Shown: positions 25,920-32,000 of the stretch, piece after piece
Position numbering within the stretch: position 1 is the first letter of the stretch
Layout of the letters: each line of letters opens with the position of its first letter
Assembly: GCF_000010625.1 (NCBI RefSeq)
Contig: NC_010296.1
Span: forward strand, 2,910,001-2,942,000
DNA length: 32,000 nt
Reading direction: 5' to 3'
Origin: Microcystis aeruginosa NIES-843
GTDB lineage: Bacteria > Cyanobacteriota > Cyanobacteriia > Cyanobacteriales > Microcystaceae
Notes under the pieces: generated by a model
Told to the model about the DNA's origin: nothing
What the model saw: the letters and a program-made list of their open reading frames with translations, nothing else
Database searches by the model: none
Position numbers and translations under genes: made by a program

Positions 25920-26084
25920 GTGGCTAAACGTCGTAATTTGAAAAAAGAAAAAGCTGAACGCAACCGCGCCTACGCTCGTCAATTCCGGGCTGCCTCTAAT
26001 CGTACCACCACCAGAGGAGGTAGAGGCGGTTATTCCAGCGATCAAAGACAATCTTCGGAAAATGAAGGGGCAGCCGATACCTAA
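25920..26084 (+). CDS. Small, highly basic protein (54 aa), hypothetical
   Basis: The GTG start is preceded by AGGAG at -11 to -7. The product is (M)AKRRNLKKEKAERNRAYARQFRAASNRTTTRGGRGGYSSDQRQSSENEGAADT. It was missed by the ORF track because of the GTG start and the <60 aa length. The overlapping listed ORFs look non-protein-like. Confidence 0.45.
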   Translation: MAKRRNLKKEKAERNRAYARQFRAASNRTTTRGGRGGYSSDQRQSSENEGAADT

Positions 26085-26132
26085 TCTGCTGACTTAGTTA
26101 GGGTCTGCGGCAAAAAGTTTTTCGTGGGGACA

Positions 26133-26164
26133 GGGTGTAGGGTGTGGGGTGTGGGGTGTGGGGT
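26133..26164 (+). repeat. G-tract repeat (GGGTGTAGGGTGTGGGGTGTGGGGTGTGGGG), a G-quadruplex-type motif
   Basis: Five G3-4 runs are separated by 3-4 nt loops on the plus strand, in the convergent intergenic region. Confidence 0.85.
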
Positions 26165-26302
26165 TTTACCGATTCTCATCTGGTCAATTACCTAATTTTC
26201 AGAGAAAAAGTCCCAGAATTTTCCCCCTATCTCTCCCACAACTGGTACTTTTTGATTGACAAAAAGTCTAAAAGTCTTACCCAATAAGGTTTTTAGATTT
26301 AT

Positions 26303-28999
26303 TCAGCAAGCCCGAGTTAATCTAGCAATAAAAGCCATAGCTTCGCTTTTATTGCTGACCATTCCATCTAAAGTTGCCCCCAACACCGCCGCAAGTAACG
26401 ATTTAAACTGGGGACCCGGTTGATAACCCAAAGCTTTTAGGTCATTGCCGTCGATAGGAGCCTCAATCTGCGACCATTTAGTTAAATATTGCCAGATTAA
26501 AGCCCGAATCCTAGTCTGACTCCTCACCGCCACCAGTAACAAACTAGGAACCCTATAACCATTGAAAAAGCTGACAATTTGACTAACGGGTTGATCATAA
26601 GCAAAATTATTGCTAATCTCCCTTTCCATAACTTCTAGTTTTTGTAAACGCTCCACAGTATCTTTGGGCAATTGTAAATTATTAGCGATCGCTATTCTTT
26701 CCCCCACAGCCAGAGAAGCGATTAATAATTCCAACCGCATTAACCAAGCATTCACCGGCAATTCCAGACTTAAACAATCTAACCAACGACTAAGACAGCG
26801 CAATTGTCGCCATAAAGCTTGATTTAAACTTAAATTCCCGTGTAAACAGTGCAAAGCCCCCAACTCAGCCAACTTTTCCAAGGCACTTTCCCAGTAATCC
26901 GCCTCTAAAATATAATTCAACTCCGCTTTTAAACGGGACTGTAAAGCGGGTGCATTCTGATTTTGTTGCCGTGAGCGCTCATAAACTCCACTTTCGATCG
27001 CATACCTAATATAGTTTTCTGTCAAGGGTTCAATAACAAATCCTAACCGAGTGGCAAAACGCACCGCTCGATAGATGCGCGTCGGATCCTCAATAAAACT
27101 ATTAGCGTGGAGAACCCGGATTTCTTGAGCGCGTAAATCCAACATACCGCCAAAAAAGTCGAGTAATTCCCCCTCTTTCGGCGAAGTTAGGCGAATTGCC
27201 AGAGAATTAATTGTAAAATCCCTTCTATACAAATCCTGTCGAATCGAACTAGCCTCCACTTGGGGATTACTGGCGGGATAGGGATAGAATTCCGTGCGTG
27301 CCGTGGCGATATCCACCCATAACGAGCCAAAACGCTCATCTTTGTGCCATAACAAAGCCGCCGTCTGAAATTCCCCGTGAATCGATAACCGGGCCCCCGG
27401 ATAAATTTCGCGTAAACAATTAGCCAATTCTACCCCCGCACCCACACCGGCGGCGCGATGGCAGCCATCCACCACTAAATCGATATCCTGTAACAATAAA
27501 GTATCCCTTTCTGCCGCTAACAATAAATCGCGCACCGCACCCCCAACCAGATAGAGATGCCAACCGCGTTTTTGAGCGGCAGCGGCGGCAGATTGCAGAA
27601 ATGACCATAAAACCGGCTCTAAACGCTCTTTAATCGTCGGTAAAAGACAGGAAACCAAAGCAACCCCTTCAAAACGCACCCGCTCATTTTGATGAATCTG
27701 TCTTAATACATCTGTACGAGTGACGATACCGACTAACTGCCCATTTTCTAGTACAGGTAAACGCCCTAAATCATACGTTACCATCAGTGACTCGATTTCC
27801 TGAAGGGAAGTGTCGGGGGTAATAGTTTTCGGATTACAAGTCATGTATCCCTTCACGGGAGAGCGAGAAAAGCCGTGATGGAGAGCTAAATCGAGGTCAC
27901 GACGAGAAATCACCCCAACTAAGCGATCCTGCTCATCTACCACCGATAAACCCGAATGGCCGTAACGGAAAAGGATGCGCTCGGCTTGAGATATAGAAGT
28001 ATCGGGACGAATTGTTCGCACCGGGGAAGACATTAAATCCCTCGCGGTGGGAGAGGGAGGAATTTGGGCAATTAAGTCCCCCAGCAGTTGGTTTAACTGT
28101 TGAACTGGCTGAACATCGCGAAAACTCACCGAAGCGGCCTGAGCATGACCACCGCCGTTATAGGGGGAAAAAAGCTGATATAGATTCACTCCATCGATCC
28201 TAGAGCGACCAATCACAGTTAAACGCTGTCGGGACTTATCTTCCTCGTTTTTACTATAACTATGACCGAAAAGTAGTGCATCACTATCGGATAATTCCAG
28301 TAGGCGCTCGGCCAGACTAGACAAACCGGGGATAAAATCGGCAGTATGGAGGAGAACGTGGGCGATTTTACGGTCATGGATCGTTTTAATCTCTAGATTT
28401 TCCCAAGCAAGGCTAAATAACTCCTGTAAGCGCGGGGAAAAACTCGGTTGACAGTATTGGGCGATCGTTTTAATGTTAGCAGCACAGGTCATTAACCAAG
28501 CCAAAGCATAGGCATCCCTGGGGGTACTACCGGCAAAAGTCAGGGAACCCGTGTCAACGTGAATACCGAGTGCCATTACCGTCGCTGCCATCGAGTTTGG
28601 TTTAATCTGGGCTTTTTGTAAAGCTTCGACAATTAAAGTCGTGGTGGCTCCCACCGCTTCTAAATGGACGCTAGAGGCATGAATATCGCTTTCACTATCC
28701 AAATGATGATCATACAATTCGATCGCCTGTAAATGCCCTAAATCGAGCCACTGGGAGGCTTTTCCCAGACGCTCTCGCCACTGATTATCAACGATAATTA
28801 AAGAGCGAATACTGGCCGGATTGACACTACGCATTTCAATTAAAGCGAACTCATCCCGATGCAGGGCCAAAAATTCCCTTACTGTTGGGTGCGCTCCCCC
28901 CGTTAACACAATGCGACTACCCGCTTTCAGCAACGATAAACCCACCGCTGCCCCCAAAGCGTCAAAATCCGCCGTTTGATGACATAAAATTAAATCCAT
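26303..28999 (-). CDS. Multidomain DHH/DHHA1 phosphoesterase, CBS pair and poly(A) polymerase / CCA-adding nucleotidyltransferase family protein
   Basis: 898 aa. The N-terminus has DFDALGAA and YDHH (DHH). Two CBS-like repeats follow (PVRTI...GLSVVD and TITPD...[17 protein letters not shown]). Then come [11 protein letters not shown] and RRDFTINS, the nucleotidyltransferase head. Confidence 0.85.
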   Translation of the reverse strand: MDLILCHQTADFDALGAAVGLSLLKAGSRIVLTGGAHPTVREFLALHRDEFALIEMRSVNPASIRSLIIVDNQWRERLGKASQWLDLGHLQAIELYDHHLDSESDIHASSVHLEAVGATTTLIVEALQKAQIKPNSMAATVMALGIHVDTGSLTFAGSTPRDAYALAWLMTCAANIKTIAQYCQPSFSPRLQELFSLAWENLEIKTIHDRKIAHVLLHTADFIPGLSSLAERLLELSDSDALLFGHSYSKNEEDKSRQRLTVIGRSRIDGVNLYQLFSPYNGGGHAQAASVSFRDVQPVQQLNQLLGDLIAQIPPSPTARDLMSSPVRTIRPDTSISQAERILFRYGHSGLSVVDEQDRLVGVISRRDLDLALHHGFSRSPVKGYMTCNPKTITPDTSLQEIESLMVTYDLGRLPVLENGQLVGIVTRTDVLRQIHQNERVRFEGVALVSCLLPTIKERLEPVLWSFLQSAAAAAQKRGWHLYLVGGAVRDLLLAAERDTLLLQDIDLVVDGCHRAAGVGAGVELANCLREIYPGARLSIHGEFQTAALLWHKDERFGSLWVDIATARTEFYPYPASNPQVEASSIRQDLYRRDFTINSLAIRLTSPKEGELLDFFGGMLDLRAQEIRVLHANSFIEDPTRIYRAVRFATRLGFVIEPLTENYIRYAIESGVYERSRQQNQNAPALQSRLKAELNYILEADYWESALEKLAELGALHCLHGNLSLNQALWRQLRCLSRWLDCLSLELPVNAWLMRLELLIASLAVGERIAIANNLQLPKDTVERLQKLEVMEREISNNFAYDQPVSQIVSFFNGYRVPSLLLVAVRSQTRIRALIWQYLTKWSQIEAPIDGNDLKALGYQPGPQFKSLLAAVLGATLDGMVSNKSEAMAFIARLTRAC

Positions 29000-29112
29000 A
29001 TTTTTTAGTAAGGAGAAGATATCAGGATTTTTTCTGTATCTATTGTTACTAAATGCTCGGCAATAACCGGGTCAAGAACTATAAGTTAGCAAATCATGAC
29101 TGAGAGAAACCC

Positions 29113-29568
29113 ATGTTATTCAAAATTCTAGTAATTCTCCACACCCTAGGGGCGACCGTCTGGGCCGGTGGTCATTTATTGTTGGCAGTCACCGTTCTAC
29201 CCCAGGCCCTCAAAAACCGAGAACCAGACCGAATTCGTCAATTTGAGCAATATTTTGAAGGTTTTGGGTTATCTGCGCTATTGTTGCAGGTAATAACAGG
29301 CCTAGGACTGACTTGGATTTATTTGCCCGGTTTTCGTGATTTTTGGTCATTTGATAGTTTTTTATCGGTTTATATAGGAATTAAGTTAGCTTTACTGCTA
29401 TTAACTCTCATCTTGGCCCTTCATTCCCGCTTTTTTCTCATTCCTAAACTGAGCAAGGAAAACTTAAATGTCCTCGCCCTGCACATAGTCGCCGTCACCA
29501 CTCTAGCAGTATTGTTCGTCATTTTTGGCGCTGGCATCCGTTTGGGGGGCTTGACCATTAGCTTTTAG
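29113..29568 (+). CDS. Conserved 4-TM membrane protein (CopD-like; function unknown)
   Basis: 151 aa with four clear hydrophobic helices. The family assignment is only tentative. Confidence 0.5.
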   Translation: MLFKILVILHTLGATVWAGGHLLLAVTVLPQALKNREPDRIRQFEQYFEGFGLSALLLQVITGLGLTWIYLPGFRDFWSFDSFLSVYIGIKLALLLLTLILALHSRFFLIPKLSKENLNVLALHIVAVTTLAVLFVIFGAGIRLGGLTISF

Positions 29569-29930
29569 CAGTTCAGCAGTCTGGAGACCTTTCTAGGGCA
29601 GGTTTGGCGAAAACGCGAAAATACTGTAATCTGGGCAAGGGATTACAGGGAGTCACTTCCCCCACCTAACCCTTGCCATGCTGCTTTTGACAAGGATGGA
29701 GACATCAAAAAAATTTTAGAACCCGCTGCGGCTGGGTAGTCACTGGCAGTAAAATTAAAATGCTCGTGGATTCAGTCTGACAGGGATATCTCCTGGGAAC
29801 CCCTGATTCAGAGAGGACTTAGAGGAAGGATCGTCCAGTTAAGTTGAGTGGAAGCGAGGCTCTTCCATACAAGTATCAAATCTGGGAGAATTATCTAAAT
29901 AAACATCAACTGCTTTAGGAGAACCCAATC

Positions 29931-30119
29931 ATGTCTATTGTTTTTCAATTTTTTCTCATTGCCTTAGTTTTATTTTCCTTGCTGATGGTGATTGGTGTCC
30001 CCGTTGCCTATGCTTCCCCCCAAAACTGGGATCAATCGAAACCCCTTCTCTATGTGGGTTCGGCAATTTGGGCGATTTTAGTCGTTGCCGTCGCTATTTT
30101 AAACTTTTTAGTGATTTAG
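29931..30119 (+). CDS. psbZ: Photosystem II reaction centre protein Z (Ycf9)
   Basis: 62 aa. MSIVFQ...[32 protein letters not shown] is nearly the canonical cyanobacterial PsbZ. Confidence 0.92.
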   Translation: MSIVFQFFLIALVLFSLLMVIGVPVAYASPQNWDQSKPLLYVGSAIWAILVVAVAILNFLVI

Positions 30120-30193
30120 CCTTGATCAGGAGACGGGAGACAGGAGGAGATAGGGTGATAGGGTTTTGGGGTGATAGGGTGATGAGACAGCTT

Positions 30194-30289
30194 CCCCACT
30201 ACCCCACTACCCCACTACCCCACTACCCCACTACCCCACTACCCCACTACCCCACTACCCCACTACCCCACTACCCCACTACCCCACTT
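30194..30289. repeat. Octanucleotide tandem repeat CCCCACTA x12 (11 perfect units plus 1 variant)
   Basis: Read directly from the sequence. It ends 23 nt before the ribH start. The complementary strand is (TAGTGGGG)n. Confidence 0.97.
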
Positions 30290-30312
30290 CCCACTCCTAT
30301 CCCCTTCTACCT

Positions 30313-30858
30313 ATGACTGTTTTTGAGGGAAATTTTACCGAGGACATATCCTCTTTGCGCTTTGCGATCGTGATTGGTCGTTTTAATGATCTCGTCACTG
30401 ATAAACTGTTATCAGGCTGTCAAGACTGTCTCAAGCGTCACGGGGTTGATGTCAATCCCGATGGCACCCAAGTCGATTATATCTGGGTACCGGGTAGCTT
30501 TGAAGTGCCAATGGTAGCCCGTCAAGTCGCCCTTTCCCACCGTTACGATGCCGTTATTTGTCTAGGGGCAATTATTCGCGGACAAACGCCCCATTTTGAC
30601 TACGTTGCTGCCGAGGCCGCTAAAGGTATCGCCGCAGCCGCTTTTCAGACCGGTGTTCCCGTTGTCTTCGGTATTCTCACCACTGATACTCTACAACAGG
30701 CCCTCGAACGGGCCGGTATTAAAAGTAATTTGGGCTGGAATTATGGCCTATCTGCCCTAGAAATGGCTAGTCTCATGCGTCAATTGCGCCCCCGGAATGA
30801 AGATAAACCCCTAGAATTATTGGAAAATAATCCCCAACAGGCACTGATGGAAGGCTAA
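30313..30858 (+). CDS. ribH: 6,7-dimethyl-8-ribityllumazine synthase
   Basis: 181 aa. The motifs [18 protein letters not shown] and [19 protein letters not shown] are characteristic of lumazine synthase. Confidence 0.95.
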   Translation: MTVFEGNFTEDISSLRFAIVIGRFNDLVTDKLLSGCQDCLKRHGVDVNPDGTQVDYIWVPGSFEVPMVARQVALSHRYDAVICLGAIIRGQTPHFDYVAAEAAKGIAAAAFQTGVPVVFGILTTDTLQQALERAGIKSNLGWNYGLSALEMASLMRQLRPRNEDKPLELLENNPQQALMEG

Positions 30859-30869
30859 GAAAATTCCCC

Positions 30870-31100
30870 CGGCATTTAGGATTTTAGTTGTCCCCACTCC
30901 CGGAGTTCCACTGTTGACATCCTCACCGCCGTAAACGGACGGTGATTCCCAAACCTCACGATTTAGGTTTCTGCTTCTTTCCCTTGCGGGGTTCCGCACC
31001 TGCCTTAACAGATTTACTCTGTTCTGGTCTTATGGTCGCTCTACAGACTGACACCGCAAGCCCTGCGGCCAAAATATTTTTACTGGCGTTAATATCTCGG
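30870..31100 (-). ncRNA. Putative omega/reRNA region and right end of the IS element
   Basis: The position (3' end of tnpB plus downstream sequence) and a hairpin followed by GAGGATGTCAAC (30913-30924, minus strand) resemble TnpB-associated right-end RNAs. The boundaries are not determined. Confidence 0.3.
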
Positions 31101-32000
31101 TCATGGTGCGTCCCACAGTCTGGACAATCCCATTCTCGAACATTTAACGGCATTTTCAAGGGCAATATACCCGCAATTACTACACCTTTTAGAGCTAGGA
31201 AACCATCTATCTATTTCGATGTAGTTTCTCCCATACCAACGGCATTTATAGGCTAATTGTCGGGTAATTTCTCCCCAGCTTACATCAGATATTGCCTGAG
31301 ATAATTTCGGGTTTTTGACCATATTCTTGACGGCTAAATTCTCAACCACAATCGTTTGGTTTTCCCGAACTAATTGAGTGGTTAGCTTGTGTAAATGGTC
31401 TTTCCTGCTATCGGTGATTTGAGCGTGAATTTTGGCTAATTTGATTCTTGCCTTTTCTCGATTCTTTGAGTCTTTCTGTTTTCTAGAAATATTTTTCGAT
31501 GCTCTTCGCAACCTCTGATAATGCTTTTTAAAATGCTTGGGATTAGACACTTTATCGCCATCGCTGGTAATCACGAGGCTACTAATTCCTAAGTCAATTC
31601 CGATGGCTTTATCTGTTACTGGTAATGGCTTAATCGTTGGGTCATCAAATCTTATTGAAATATGCCAACGTCCAGAAGGATGTAATCTGACTGTTACTGT
31701 GCTTGGTTCACAGCTTTCTGGTATTTGTCTTGACCATCGAATAGGTAAGGGTTCTGTGCATTTGGCTAAATAGATTTGTTTGTCTTTAAATTTAAAAGCA
31801 GACTTGGTAAATTCGGCACTTCCTCCTTGATGTTTTTTCTTAAAGTTAGGATACTTAGTACGACCAGCAAAGAAGTTAGTGAAAGCTGTTTGTAGGTGTC
31901 TTAACCCTTGTTGTAAAGGTACACAGCTTACTTCGTTTAAAAAGTTTAATTCTTCTTGTTTTTTCCACTCGGTTAGCATTGAAGAAGTTTGAGCGTAGCC
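30956..32000 (-). pseudogene. tnpB: IS200/IS605-family TnpB (OrfB) RNA-guided-nuclease homologue, frameshifted and running off the window edge
   Basis: RuvC-I is IGIDLGISS and RuvC-II is IVVENLAVKNM. The zinc finger CSNCGY is in one frame. The remainder, [27 protein letters not shown] (RuvC-III), is in another frame. The frames switch near an A4/T4 run at 31153-31156. Confidence 0.85.

Noticed and set aside
25741-26051. ORFs 25741-25941 (+) and 25746-26051 (-)
   Set aside because: Both give Arg/Ser/Gly-rich, non-protein-like translations and lack an RBS. The GTG-initiated 54-aa ORF with an AGGAG RBS explains the region better.
26610-28203. Internal ORFs 26610-26822 (+), 27420-27608 (-) and 28012-28203 (+)
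   Set aside because: They are embedded in, or out of frame with, the 898-aa DHH-CBS-CCA gene. Their composition is shadow-ORF-like.
29570-29930. Possible ncRNA or riboswitch in the 360-nt gap upstream of psbZ
   Set aside because: A few hairpins are present (for example GGCAAGGG...CCCTTGCC near 29634-29678 and TGGAAG...CTTCCA near 29849-29867). I could recognise no riboswitch, SRP, 6S or tRNA consensus. It is most simply the psbZ promoter and 5' UTR.
30068-30316. 82-aa ORF with PHYPTTPL repeats
   Set aside because: It is generated purely by translating the CCCCACTA octamer array. It also overlaps the psbZ end and the ribH start.
30817-31256. ORFs 30817-30999 (-) and 30942-31256 (+)
   Set aside because: They overlap the IS right-end RNA region, or lie antisense to tnpB. 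They resemble no known protein.

Overview
The window reads as cyanobacterial chromosomal DNA. It carries psaK and psbZ, several HIP1-type GCGATCGC sites, and very repeat-rich intergenic DNA. The resemblance to Microcystis-type genomes is my inference, not a search result.

Housekeeping backbone: ispF, secA, rpmB, psaK, an amino-acid ABC permease, a DUF4336 protein, a GTPase-DUF697 protein, cdd, an FAD oxidoreductase, pheS, an RRM protein, a DHH-CBS-CCA/polyA-polymerase-type enzyme, psbZ and ribH.

This backbone is interrupted by visibly more AT-rich accessory insertions:
1. A hicB-hicA-like toxin-antitoxin pair.
2. A two-gene ABC-ATPase + DUF4276 (Toprim-like) operon bracketed by inverted copies of a ~100-bp repeat.
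3. A 1071-aa single-chain type IIG (MmeI-like) nuclease-methyltransferase.
4. A patch of toxin-antitoxin and IS debris next to a Schlafen/AlbA_2-type protein that carries an in-frame 21-bp x5 tandem repeat.
5. A 2.7-kb cassette flanked by a perfect 88-bp direct duplication of the pheS start region. It holds a 779-aa DNA methyltransferase with a long uncharacterised C-terminal half and a multi-hairpin leader.
6. A frameshifted IS200/IS605-type tnpB at the right edge.

Best candidates for a poorly described system are the ATPase/DUF4276 module and the pheS-embedded methyltransferase cassette. All functional calls come from motif recognition by eye. No database searches were run.
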